Assembly: GCA_013265495.1 (NCBI GenBank)
Contig: MU057640.1
Coordinates: forward strand, 2,133,405-2,197,404
Direction of reading: 5' to 3'
Length of the DNA stretch: 64,000 nucleotides
Source of the DNA: Vicugna vicugna
Taxonomy: Eukaryota
Below, piece by piece: positions 1 to 12,045 of the stretch. Position numbers and translations under genes: made by a program. The notes beneath the pieces were generated by a model. It saw only the letters and a list, made by a program, of their open reading frames with translations, searched no databases and was not told the origin of the DNA. The stretch's first letter is position 1, and every line of letters begins with the position of its first letter.

Positions 1-551
1 TCCTATAGAGTTTACCCCAAATCTCTTATTTTATTTACTTTTTGAAAGTTTTTTTACATTGAGTTACTTTTTTCGTTGACAAATTTGTAACATATAGTAA
101 AGTTTTGCTTGCCCTCTAGTAAGCCTGGGCACAACCAAAGTATTATACTTAACACTGATGTCTCTAAAGACATGTTTCTATTAATTAAACTAACAAGCTT
201 AAGCTAGCTTCAATACCAATACCAGTGGTGAATCCTTTTAAGATAACGTGAACCTGAAATTTATTTTGGCCAGTTTTCTCTATGTTTGAGTATTTATATA
301 AGTACTTAACTTCCTTTCAGCCGATTAAAGAGCTCCTTTACCACTTAATCATGCCAATACCATACATCTATGACATACAAACCAGACACCTTACAGTTTT
401 CATTTTAAAATTTTAGTCATGAATCAGATATAACAAAGTAAAACCAAAAGAGGTTGGATTTAAGCTGGGGGTTTTGGCAGATAGAACAAATCAAAGTTGC
501 CCATCTAGATGGCTAAGCCTTTTTATTAATATTTATGAAAAAGAGATAAAA

Positions 552-610
552 TTTTTTTTACATTTTTTATTGATTCATAATCATTTTACAGTGTTGTGTC
601 AAATTCCAGT
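552..610 (-). mobile_element. Tiny 5'-truncated young L1 3' end inserted in the ERV
   Basis: The reverse complement is gacacaacactgtaaaatgattatgaatcAATAAAaaatgt plus poly(A). It is flanked by the duplication aaagagataaaa (540-551 and 611-622). Confidence 0.7.
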
Positions 611-1099
611 AAAGAGATAAAAATTTTTACCTGTCCTTCGCAAATTAAGTTCCAAATTATTTATAAACCCCCCCCACTTTTTTTTTTTAATTTGCATTTT
701 TCAAAGATGGTGAGATCAGAGTTCCTGGAGAAGACAAGGTAGAATATTTGTATCTCCAAGGCATAGGAAAGCAAGTTTCTCCTAGAAAGACTGTTCTTTA
801 AAGGCCAGAAAAAACTCTCTTTAAATACTTGTCTAGTAAGATAAATACATAGGGGAGGTTTGGGGTGTGGTAGAAGGATTGCTGGGCTTTGTATCCTTTT
901 TGGAGCCACACCTCTGGTCCTGTAAAGACTAAATTTGTAAAACAAAGACAGCTTAGTTTTGGTTTTCCTCATTTAGCTTAGGGAAGACTTTTCCAAAAAA
1001 TTTTTATTAGGCTCCAAATATTAGCTATGGTCAGTTTAGTCCAACCGACGGCCTCCCATTTGGCCATCTATTTACAAACACATTTGAGGAGCCTTCCTG

Positions 1100-1620
1100 G
1101 GTTTGAGAAGTTTTTTGATTAAGGCTCTTGGTTTGGCCTTAATCTGAAGAGCCTTGCCTGTAGCCTCACATGGTCCCATTTCTGATGATAAGCTGACAAT
1201 AGTAGCTCTGGCAGGGACCCCAGTTTCCCAGGCAGCAGGGTTGACTTGAGAATCAATATGGGGTGGAAGGGAGAGCTCTTCTGGCTTGGGACTGAGGCAG
1301 GCCCTCAAAGCCAAGAGTAGACATTCTGGGGGGTGCATGTCTTTCCTGTAAGGGTCTTTGAATTGGATTACTTCTTGGGATTTACTGAGCAAGTAGGTCC
1401 CTTCCCAATGAGGGGACGGGGCACTCAGCCACCAGCAAAAACTCCTGTGTAAAAGTCAATTTTTAGTAAGCACCTTGTTTGGGGTCTTCTATTGATCCCC
1501 GTTATTACACAGGATTGAGAGGACAAGGGTCCAGGGAAATCAGTCAGCACAGAGCAGGTGACTCCCTTATCTAATAAGACAACTTTTCTCCCTGCCACGT
1601 CAAGGGTTCCCCAAGGCTCT
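1100..1620 (-). pseudogene. ERV protease and start of RT (degenerate)
   Basis: EPWGTLDVAGRKVVLLDKGVTCSVL (DTG active-site motif changed to DKG), GRDLLSK, and RT N-terminal-like VNPAAWETGVPARA. Confidence 0.85.
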
Positions 1621-1733
1621 GCTGGAGAAATGACCCGGTGTCCTGTGGGAGCCAGGGACGGTCCCGGGCCCCGTCAGTCTTTAGTCATCTCAGCTGTCAT
1701 TGGTTTGGGAGCCCCAAGCCCCCTTCAGGACTG

Positions 1734-2083
1734 GGGGCAGTCCTGCTTCCAGTGGCCTTTTTGTTTGCATATAGGGCAGGGTCCTGGTGGACTTTTCCTG
1801 TACATGGGGCATTTTTTTTTTCAGTGGCCCTCCTGGCTGTACTTAAAACAGGTTCCTTTTTGGCGTGACAGTGGCTCTGATGCAGGCATCCTGGATCCTG
1901 TCCTCGCCATGGGTCTTGGTGGAGGAAAACTCTGAGGTGGTGCGGAGATGTAGGCTGTCGCTAAGAATTGTGCCTTTTGCTGTTGTCCCTGAACACTTTT
2001 TGCCTCTTTAGCCCTGTCTCTATTGTCCAATACTTTAAACATCAGATCCATGAGTTGATTCTTGGGGATTTGGGGTCCCCAGT
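1734..2083 (-). pseudogene. ERV gag C-terminus (end of capsid and nucleocapsid with two CCHC knuckles)
   Basis: GPQIPKNQLMDLMFKVLDNRD, then CFKYSQEGH*KKKCP and [18 protein letters not shown] in one frame. Confidence 0.88.
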
Positions 2084-2089
2084 TGCCCA

Positions 2090-2670
2090 GAAGGGGCCTT
2101 CGGGGTAGATGATTGGGAAGACCTCTCCAGTGGGGTCTCCCAACAGGAAGCAATGGAAGAATGAAAAACTAGTAAGATCCCCAGGCTTGGGGCTTCCAGA
2201 TCCCACAAGGCCCTTCCAGTTATGTGATATATGTTCATGAAAGAGGAGGAATAGCCTTGGGGGTCCTCACTCAGTGGCTGGGTCCTACCCAACAGCCTAT
2301 GGGATACCTCTCCAAGTGGCTAGATCCCACTGCTCAAGGCTGGCCTTCCTGCCTAAGAGTGTTGGGAGCCCTCTCCACTCTCCTGCTTGTGTATGCTAAC
2401 CATCAAGTTTCTGACCTTTTAAAAGGCAAGGGACATTTCTGGCTTTCAGATGCTTGGCTTCTTAAATAGCAGGCATTATTACTGGAAAACCCAGATGTCA
2501 CTGTCTCTGTTTGTGGGACACTCTATCCTGCTACACTATGACCATCACCAGACGAGTCTCTTCCCTTTTGCCTATGTCATGAGACCCTATCCATTTCTCT
2601 AGAAGCTAGAACAGATCTCACTGACCAACCCCTAGAAAACCCTGATGAGATCTGGTTCACCGATGGGAGC
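2090..2670 (+). pseudogene. ERV pol fragment (RT connection to start of RNase H), opposite in orientation to gag/pro
   Basis: SPGLGLPDPTRPFQL..YVHERGGIALGVLTQWLGPTQQPMGYLSKWLDPTAQGWPSCLR and DLTDQPLENPDEIWFTDGS on the + strand. Confidence 0.88.
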
Positions 2671-3014
2671 CACATATTCTCGTGAACCTCTTAGCAATTT
2701 GCGACTGCTTTCCCAGCAACACTCCGGTGAGACTCTTCCCTCGCCCTAGGGAACTATGGATCCCTGTTCGACAAACCCCTTTCTTAAATGTCTCCTGGGT
2801 CAAATCTTTTCTCTTTTAGGGGCCCCCCCAAACTGTTTTAAGACTAATTTAAAATGTCTCTGACATTAGGGTCCCTCTTTTGACTCCTCCTTTAGTGCAC
2901 TGGACTAACACTCCAACATGTGCTTTCTAAAACCTAAACCAACAGAAAGCACAGAAATCAGTTTTTTTTAAAGACCTTTGTCTGCCCCTTTCGTCCTTTG
3001 GCTAGGATTAGCTC

Positions 3015-3305
3015 TATGTATTTGACCTCTATCTTTTCAACCTTCTCATGAAAAGTGTTTCTTCTCGTCTAGAGATAAACTTCAAATGATTGTATAACAA
3101 GGTAATCAACCAATCAGCCCAGACCACTTCTATACAAGCCCCTCGATAAACACTGACCCTTCGCTCACATCCTGCCCAAGGGCAGCCAGCTAGTCTGGGA
3201 CCCCAACGAGCTCCATTGTCACCCCAGATCAGCAGGAAGTAGCTAGAGGGGTCCACACTCTCTACATCCCCAAGATTTGGGGTCTCATGGCTAGAGGGGG
3301 GGAAA
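3015..3305 (+). pseudogene. ERV env TM C-terminus, 3' untranslated segment and polypurine tract
   Basis: FDLYLFNLLMKSVSSRLE / KLQMIV*QGNQPI resembles the gamma-type TM tail (FGPCIFNLLVKFVSSRLxxxKLQM). It is followed by a cagcaggaagtagctaga motif and the PPT agagggggggaaa at about 3293-3305. Confidence 0.75.
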
Positions 3306-6300
3306 TCTTAGGTAGTTTAGAAAGAAATGAGCATTGGGCAAAGAGAGAGGTAGTGGAAAGGAAGAATCCAGAACACAAGAAACCTGAGCTCTCAATCAAC
3401 CAGCGCTCAGGGAAACCGAGTAGTCAATCAATCAGTCAATCAGCCAATCAATCAATCAATCAGTCACAAGACCTGAGGGTGGAGGCGCCCCCCGTGTCAT
3501 GTCTCTATGAGACGGGGAGCCCCTCCGTGCCCAGGCCTGGGGATGGAGGCACACCCCGTGTCTTGCCTGGTCAGAATTATAGCTCACTTAGGATTTTTTT
3601 GCTTTGAGGTGCAAAAGCTGTAATGCTTAGGAAACAATGAGGTGGGTGAAATGCAAAGTGAGAACAGTGGGGGCTGAGGGAAGGCTGTATTTCCATCAGG
3701 GCACCTTGAGGCCGTAAGTCTTCCCTTGTCCTAAGCTTTGTGCACAAGTAGGTGATGCAGAAGTAGCTCTGGCTATTGAGCTTCTTTTTCTTGCCCTTGA
3801 TCTTTATTGTGAACTCTTTCTCCCTGTTGTTAATTGCCGAAAGGCCAGTGGATTACCCACACTGTTATATGTCTATCATCAGGGATGCAAAAGTGAGCAA
3901 GACACATGGTCTCTGCCCTTGAAGAACTTGTGTCTAATGGGGGACAGAAACACGGAGAGTGATGACCAGATGGTCAACTTCACTGAGTAGCTAAAGATGA
4001 CTCTAAAACAACTCAACCTGGCTGGTCCTAGAATAAGCTAGCTCCTTTCCAGGTCACTGTCCAAACATTCGGTGGATGAGAACCGTTCTTTTGTTTTTCT
4101 ATGAAGATGCTCTGCTGGTTGAAAGACTTGGGTCAAACACTTACCATACTCGTGTCCCACACTTGATGATATAAAAGCTGAAAATTTTCCTTTTAAATAT
4201 CTGTGCTAGTGCATTCATCTTGCTCTTTGTTCTTATAAGTAGGCCCTCACCAGTCAAGTGTCTCTGGTTCTCAACCCAAGAGACAATGGGGAAATGTTTC
4301 AGCAGATGAGGAGAAACTGTTGGTCTGGACCTTTATTCCTTGGCCCATACATCCTCAGGTTCCCATTCCTCACACTTCTATCTTCCATTCTAGTCGTCTA
4401 ATATACTTCTATTCAGAGGTGAAAAGGCATCAACCAATTGTAGAGCTCTCCAGTTACCTGAAATTTACCCTAAAGCTGATTTTTCTGCTGTCTTCTTGCT
4501 TGCACTTTTCTGAGAGGAGCAGACACAGGTCCCCATAACTCAGAGAAACCAAGGTGTCAGAGAATGAGGGCAAGAAACATGAGCCACACAAAGAGAATGA
4601 GGGAGAACTGCCAGATCGTGGGCTGGGTTGATGTGTGGCCTCCCCAGCAAAGCTCTAGGTTCTGGTTCATTCCTGACAAAGCTCCAGAGGTCAGATGCCA
4701 GACTCCAAATGATTATATCACAATTCTAGAAAGAGAAACTGTGCAGAGGCCTGGATAACCAAATGAGTTAGTGGGCGGGTAAAAGAGGCAACTTCAACTC
4801 ATCCTGTCATAACAAGTGCCTTGTGGTTGAATGTCAGAGATTTCCCCTTGTTTAAGTGGTGCCTGGTGGGATTATTGTTTTCACTTCTAGAAGACTCCAT
4901 TAAAGGAAAAATCAACCCGTGTGGCCAAGAGAGGAGGGAAGATACTACGTATTAAGCATGTTTTTTGGTCCAAGTCTCTTCTCTTAGAGTTGGATAAAAG
5001 GCTCAGGAGAGGAGGCCAGGGTTTTTTGCTGGGAGATCTCTCTCTGGTCCCAGTGGATATAAATGTACCCTTTTCCTCTTCAGTGTTTGTCAACAAATAT
5101 TTACTGAGTGACTGCCATATGCAAGAATAGGTCCTCCTGCCTGAAATGCCCTTCCTTCTCCCCCCTCCCTTTCCAGCCTGGACCTAATCAACAGCCATTC
5201 ATCTTTCAGACCTGAGCTCCTCCAGAATTTTCTCCCTTAATTAAGTGATAAGACAAAGTGCAAACTGCCTTAAAAAACTCATGCATGTGGAGACACATAC
5301 ATGTTTTCAGATCCTTCTCTAAAAGCCACCTTTGATGTGGAAAGAAAGGAGGGTAGAAAACAAAGGAAAATAAAGGCTTCTGAAGTGAAAGGAAGGAGGG
5401 GGCTGTAAGGTGGTTGGTCCCGTGGAAGGTCAGGAAGGGGAGGCTAGGGAGCTCAGCCATCAGTCTGGCCAACTTCTCAAGTGCTGAAGATGCTCAAAGG
5501 TTAAGCCAGACTTTTATCCTGGACATTCAGGACCTAATGCAGCTTTTCCCCCAGGCTCTGGAGAGATGAAAGCAGCCAGAGTGGGTTAGAACCAGATACA
5601 ATTAGACTGAGAGGAGGAGGTAAGAGCCCTTGATATCCTGGGGAGAACAGATTGCTCACCTTCCCAGGACAGCTTCCCATTTACAGTGGCCAAGAACTTG
5701 GACTTTGGAGTCAGATGGCCTGGGTTCACATTTTGATACTTCCACTTATTAGTTGTATGATCTTGGGCAATTTATTTAACCCCTCTGGTTCTCAAGTTCC
5801 TCATCAGTAAAAGGGTTGTTATAATAGTTACTATCTCATAAAGTGACATTTACAAACCTAATAGGTCCATAAAACACAATTCTGGGGCATAGAAGTCAAC
5901 AGATGTTTCCTATTATAGAAGCAAATTATTTCAGAGGGAGGGAAATAGAGAAATAAAGTAGGTTTGGGAGTCTGGATTATAAGGTATGGATCGGGGTGAC
6001 TGTGCAAAGAAGGACTTAGAGGTTAGCAGAAGTGGTTGGAGGTAGAGATGACGCATGGAGTTCAGATCCTGATTCCCCAGGTGTTTGGGGTGGTGGAAGG
6101 CCTGAAAGTCTTAGTGATGCTCTAGAATATAGTTGTTTATTTATAAACAGTATGTGGCCAAATAAAGATATGGTCAGAGGAGGATCTGGATATAGGATGG
6201 GGAACTAGCTGACTCTGCAGGCTGTCTGCTACTGCTCAGGAGTCAGGCCACTCTCTTCTTTCTCTGCTCAGAGTGTGGCCCATACACCAGCTGCATAGCA

Positions 6301-6373
6301 TCTCCTGGGATCTTGTTAGAAAGGCAGAATCTTGGGCCCTGCTCCAGACCTACTGAATCCGAATGTGCATTAA

Positions 6374-6984
6374 AAAAAAAAAATGAGGTATAAGGGGGAG
6401 GGTATAGCTCGGTGCTGGAGTGAACACAGCACGCATAAGGTCCTGGGTTCAATCCTCAGTACCTCTATTAAAAATAAATAGATAAATAAACAAGTAAACA
6501 AGTCTAATTACCCCCCAAAATAAAAAATAAATAAATGATAAAAATTGAGGTATAGTTGATTTACAATATGATATAAGTTTCAGGTATACAACATAGTGAT
6601 TCAATATTTTTATAAATAATACTCCATTTAAAGTTATTACAAAATAATGGCTTTATTTCCTTGTGCTGTACGATATATCCTTATTTCTTATTTATTTTAT
6701 ACATAGTAGTTTGTGTCTCTTAATTCCGTACCTCTATCCTGCCCCTCTCTCCTATATTCTTTCTACTGGTAACCACTAGTTTGTTTTCTATATCTGTCAG
6801 TCTGTTTCTGTTTTGTTATATTCATTTATTTGCTTTATTTTTTAGATTCCACATATAAGTGATAATATACAGTGTTTGTCCTTCTCTGTCTGACTTATTT
6901 TCTAAGCATAATTCTCTTTAGGTCTATCCACATCGTTGCAAATGGCAGAATTTCGTTCTTTTTAATGACTGATTAAGATTTCAT

Positions 6985-7023
<39 letters not shown>

Positions 7024-7388
7024 ATACACCAATTTACAATCCCACCAACAATGTACTAGGATTCTCTTTTCTCTACATCCTCACCAACATTGTTATTTGT
7101 AGACTTTTCGATGATAGCCATTTTGACAAGTATGAGTTGCTATCTTCTTGTGGTTTTGATTTGCATTCCTCTGATGATTAGCAATGTTGAACATTTTTTT
7201 CATGTGCCAGTTGGAAAGACGTCTCTGGAAAAATGTCTATTCAGGTCTTCTGGCCATTTTTAAAGTTGGGTTCTTTGTTGTTTTTTTTTTTGATACTGAG
7301 TTGTATAAGCTATTTATAAACTTTGGATATTAACCCCTTATCAGTCATATCATTTGCAAATATTTTTCTCCCATTCGGTAGGTTGTCT
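6374..7388 (-). mobile_element. L1 3' end (ORF2 tail and 3' UTR) with an internal (GT)n
   Basis: Typical antisense L1 text: tagattccacatataagtgataatatacagt, gttttgatttgcattcctctgatgattagcaatgttgaacat. Confidence 0.85.
6394..6540 (+). mobile_element. Vic-1-type tRNA-derived SINE (camelid)
   Basis: ggggagggtatagctc A-box, ggtcctgggttcaatcctcagtacctc B-box and an (AAAT)n tail. Flanking TSD-like aaaatgaggtata / aaaattgaggtata. Confidence 0.85.
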
Positions 7389-8700
7389 GCATTTTAACAA
7401 GATGTCCAGGTGATTCTTGGGCACATTAAAGCTTGAGAAGCGCTGCTATTCAAAATTACCTATACAGGTCCCAGGCTTTCCATGGTGCAGATGTATGAGC
7501 TGCTAGGATTTTTAAACTCTTTATAGCAGGACATAATGCCATCAGGTGATGCTAAGAACTGGATTACATTCTAAACTGAAATTAACTTTAGTGGGCTCAT
7601 CTTTGGATAAAGTCTTTGTATACAGACCAGTAGTGAGGGGGAAGCACATCACCAATATGCTTTTCCCATATCAAACATCCCTGGCCTTGGCATATATATG
7701 TGTCTGTGTATAAATATATGTATGTATGTATATATATAAATATATATATAATTTAACATCAGCAATATTCAGTACGAGGTTTTTTTCTTTAATCACCAGA
7801 CATAATTTCTCTATTGGTGGATTCACTAGACATTCCCTAATGCATAACTTCTATTAATAGTCTTATTCAAAATTCCTCTATTGCCACCTGCCAGGGTGTG
7901 CAGGAAAACAATTCAAACAACCTCCAGCAATCCTGAGGAGAGACTCTGAGGCCTCTGTGCAGTGAATCCCCGAAGGACTAAAGACCAGGCTAGTGATGCT
8001 CTTGCTGGCACGGTGCTCTGTGCCTCAGTTTCTCAACTGCAAAGGGAGCACCATGATTGACAAAGGGAGTTTTAGCTTATCAAACAGTTTCTCTGCTCCC
8101 GTTCCTCTTCTGTTTTATTCTTCCTTTTTCTGGATCTCAGAACATGCTTCAACTAACGTTCTTCAACTTGGGTTCTTTTAACCAGAAGTGGCTGGGCAGG
8201 TGTAAGATTAGATGAGGCTAGGACAGCTGGTGACTCAAAATGTAGCTGTGGTTGCAAGGAGCAGGAGGATGGAAGAAGGAAAAGAACTTAGACCTTCTAC
8301 AAGTTCAGTGATGGCTCTGCTGGTGCCTAAGAGCCCTAAGTTACCTCATGCTCAAAGGTTTCACATTTTGATTCACTGGGAATGAGCTGCCAGTACTTTG
8401 CTTATGCTAAATTATGTGCCCAGTGGGGCACGGGCCTGCCTTTTTAATCTCTTCATTTCCTTATCATAGAAGTTTCCATCAAATGTCAGTCTACATGAAC
8501 TAGTAACCCTACCTGACAGTCAGACACTCTGTCCCCACTGTCTTTGTCTATCCCTCCATCTTCTCTAAAGCTCTGGGGGAGAAAAACCTTTCCCCACCTT
8601 TGACCAATATACATGTTGGTTCATGCTAATAAATGAAATAAATACATGGACCAGAAAGGACCAATTCTGTTTGGTGTCAGCTAGGATATTCTATCACATA

Positions 8701-8875
8701 GTTTATAAACTATTTATATTTATATATGTTTATATAAATTTATAATATATAATGTAATATACAATATAATATATTACATATTAATGTAATATATAATATG
8801 TATAATTATATATTTTATCATGTATTATCATATATTATAAGTGATATATAATATATTATATATATTTATAGACTA
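8701..8875. repeat. AT-rich low-complexity (TA)n-like tract
   Basis: Degenerate tatattata repeats with almost no G or C. Confidence 0.8.
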
Positions 8876-9984
8876 CTATGTAGACTGTAAGAGACTTCAC
8901 AATAATTTGTAAAGTCCCAAATATATGGGAGCCAGTATTAGAATTTTAGTTTCTAAAAAATGCAGTTTCCAGGACCCCACCATCTGTAGCTTCTAAAAAG
9001 CAGGATTCTGACTCACCTTCACCCAGGTATAGAGGAGGGCGGGGTAAATGAGGCTCCCACAGGCTCAGCGTCCCGAAGCCCATGGCTGCAGATGGAGGTT
9101 TGGATTTCCTCCGTCAGTGGTCTTATGCTTTTCCACATTTCTAAGCTCATATGTGTGTCAAAGACACAGAAGTAGAAATTTAAGGAACATTTTGATAAAA
9201 GTGAGCTTTACTTTATCAGAAAGATAAAAAGAACCAACAAGTCCCAAACAAACATCCTTTCCCCCGGCCCCACCTGTCAGCCTGTGCTCAGCCTGTACCC
9301 AGAGCTTCACTGATTTGAAGCTGGGGAAGTGAGTGGAGAGCCCTCCAGGGTTTTAACAATTTTAGTCGATTCTAAGTCTAGGAAAATAATTTTCCTTATA
9401 AGCTGCCAGACTCCATGGAGGACTTATAAAAACAAAGAAAACATAAAACCAGACCAAACAATAACCTTCATTCAGGACTCCTGAGATGATCTTGGAAACT
9501 TTCACGGCCCTTGTTCTATGGGTGATTGATGGGCCCTCGGTTCTCCCCTATTTTCCTCCCTCCAGATCAGCACTCATTTCTACGCATGTGCCTCTCAGAC
9601 CCTGCTCTGCAGCCCTGCCCTCTCCCCAGCACACAGTGCCACCAGGCTGTCCTGTCACCACCTCCCTCTTCAGTGAGTTCCAGGCAGAACTCCGTCCTCC
9701 CCATCAACATGGAGCATCTCCCGGGGCCGTGTATGGCCAGCACTCCTACAAGGCTTCCCATCTCCTAAGCCTCCAAATTGAGGGGAGGTTTCTAGCTACG
9801 TACTGCTGGACTCCAGCTTTGTTCCTGTTTTATGTTGCATGATGGACAGAAAGAATTTTTGTCAAATCTGTAGATGGCACAAAGTTGGAGAAATTCACAG
9901 ATAGGGGTGATGTGATCAAGATGAAATGCTCACAAGCTGTAAGGAAAGGCTGAAATCAATATGATTCAATCTTAAACGAATAAA

Positions 9985-10290
9985 ATTCTGTATTTAGATA
10001 AAAGTACAACGTGACAATAGTATATTATTCCATTTACATGAACTTCAAAAACAATTTTTGTTTTGGCAGAATTAATCTATGGGGCTAGAACTCAGAATAG
10101 TGGTTACTTCTGGGTTTCAGGGAGGAGATTGACTGGAAAGGGACATGAGAGAACTTTCTAGGGTGAGAGCAATACTCTATATTATGATTGTTGTGTTGGT
10201 TGCAGGAGAGTACTTGCTATTAAGACCTATCAGTTTGCTTACTTGGTAAGATTCAAGATTTGTGCATTTTATAGGTTCTTGCCCAACATA
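9985..10290 (+). mobile_element. Old L1 (L1ME-like) 3' UTR fragment
   Basis: attccatttacatgaacttcaaaaaca...tcagaatagtggttac...gactggaaagggacatgagagaactttctagggtga. Confidence 0.65.
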
Positions 10291-11432
10291 AGAAAGTGGA
10301 TTCTAACAAGTAGAACTACCTAAAAGTGGAATGGGGGGTATTTGATATGGGACTTCCTGGAAGCAATCAGGCAGAAACTAGAGAAACTAGTTGGGGATCT
10401 TATAAGCTTCCAGGGTAGAAAGCTTATGCTTTCCTGAGTATCTATTACGCGCCAGGCACTCTGCTAAAACCTGCAGACAAAATTAAGAATGATAATGTTC
10501 CTCTGCTCCTCCTTCCTCCTCCTCATCTTATTACTATTATTATTATTAAATCATTAGCTGGTGCTGAAGAATGCTTTCTTTGTACCAGACACCATCCAAA
10601 GCAGTTTACACGCATTACTGCATTTAAACTTCACAAAAACTATGAGACTAGTACTATTATTGTCTTTAGTTTCAGAAATGAGACACGTAACTAGTAAGTG
10701 TTAAAGTCTGAAGTTGAACTCTGACTTGGCCCACATTACAAAAGGTGTGTGAGCCAGAGTGGGGCCAGAGGGAGAGGCCCAGGGAGCAGAAGGCTGAGCC
10801 CTCTTCTCCCCTGCTGCTCCCTCTCCTAGTGCGCTGCAATCCTTGCCCCTCTGCGTCGGCTCTCTGGCAGCAGCCAGGGAAGGGTCTGGGGTTGGGGACA
10901 TGGAAACTCCATGAATCAGCAGGATTATAATAACCAGGAAAGCCGTGCCAATCTGGTGACGGCTTAGTACCCACAGGATGGTCCTTGAAGGTCTAGAACG
11001 TCACTGTCCAGCAGAGTAGCCACTAGCCACGTGGGACTGTTGAGCAACTGACATGTGACTACTTCACATGGAGATGTGCTGTCAGTGTAAATCACACACC
11101 GGATTATGAGAAGTTGACTCCTCTCTCAGCACACCTGCTCCTCGATCTGGTGCTCCCTCGGGAGACTCTTCCCTGATCCTCCAGGATTGCCGTAGATGCC
11201 CCTTTTCTGTGCACCCTTGGTGTTTCTGTAACATCTGTTACACACATTGGAGGTCGCCTGTTTACTTTTCCTTCCTCCCCATAGATTGGAAGTTTCTCAA
11301 GCAGAGACAATACCTTGTTAATCGCCTCTGCTGAAGCGACTGGAATGACACATACTGAGTGAGGGAACGAATGATATGCCAAGTACTAGTTCCTTCTTTC
11401 TTTAGAAGAGAGTAATTTTACAGCATTACGTT

Positions 11433-11538
11433 AAAAGAAAGGAAGGAAGGAAGGAAGGAAGGAAGGAAGGAAGGAAGGAAGGAAGGAAGGAAGGAAAAGA
11501 AAGAAAGAAAGAAAGAAAGGAAGGAAGGAAGGAAGGAA

Positions 11539-11608
<70 letters not shown>

Positions 11609-11820
11609 AAAGAAAGAAAGAAAGAGAAAGAAAAGAAAGAAAGAGAAAGAAAAGAAAAGAAAGAAAGAAAGAGAAAGAAAAGAAAGAAAGAAAGGAAGAA
11701 AGAAAGAGAAAGAAAGAAAAAGAAAGAAAAGAAAGAGAAAGAAAGAAAAAGAAAGAAAAGAAAGAAACAAAGAAAGAAAGAAAAGAAAGAAACAAAGAAA
11801 GGAAGGAAGGAAGGAAGGAA

Positions 11821-11858
<38 letters not shown>

Positions 11859-11921
11859 GAAAGAAAAAGAAAGAAAAGAAAGAAAGGAAGAAAGGAAGGA
11901 AGGAAGGAAGGAAGGAAGGAA

Positions 11922-11999
<78 letters not shown>

Positions 12000-12045
12000 A
12001 AAAGAAAAGAAAGAAAGAAAAAGGAAAGGAAGGAAGAAAGAAAGA
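11433..12045. repeat. Compound (GGAA)n/(GAAA)n purine microsatellite, about 610 bp
   Basis: Read directly; only two C bases interrupt the A/G tract. Confidence 0.98.

Larger units (their letters stand above)
1..3590 (-). mobile_element. Decayed class I (gammaretrovirus-like, ERV1) internal region with mosaic orientation; no LTR or PBS recognised
   Basis: Contains gag, protease, RT, RNase H and env TM remnants (below), a (TCAA)n leader-like stretch at about 3421-3465 and an AT-rich non-coding internal segment at 1-1000. Confidence 0.85.
6264..7447. mobile_element. MER5A-like hAT-Charlie MITE split by an L1 insertion
   Basis: Left part ...cttgttagaaaggcagaatcttgggccctgctccagacctactgaatccgaatgtgcatt (to ~6372) resumes as tgcattttaacaagatgtccaggtgattc...ttgagaagcgctgct (~7386-7447). 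Confidence 0.75.

Noticed and set aside
6394..6470. tRNA-like sequence
   Set aside because: It has A and B boxes but also an AT-rich tail and TSD-like flanks, so it is a SINE rather than a tRNA gene.
11418..11795. Phe/Leu/Ser-rich ORFs
   Set aside because: They are translations of the (TTTC)/(TTCC) microsatellite.
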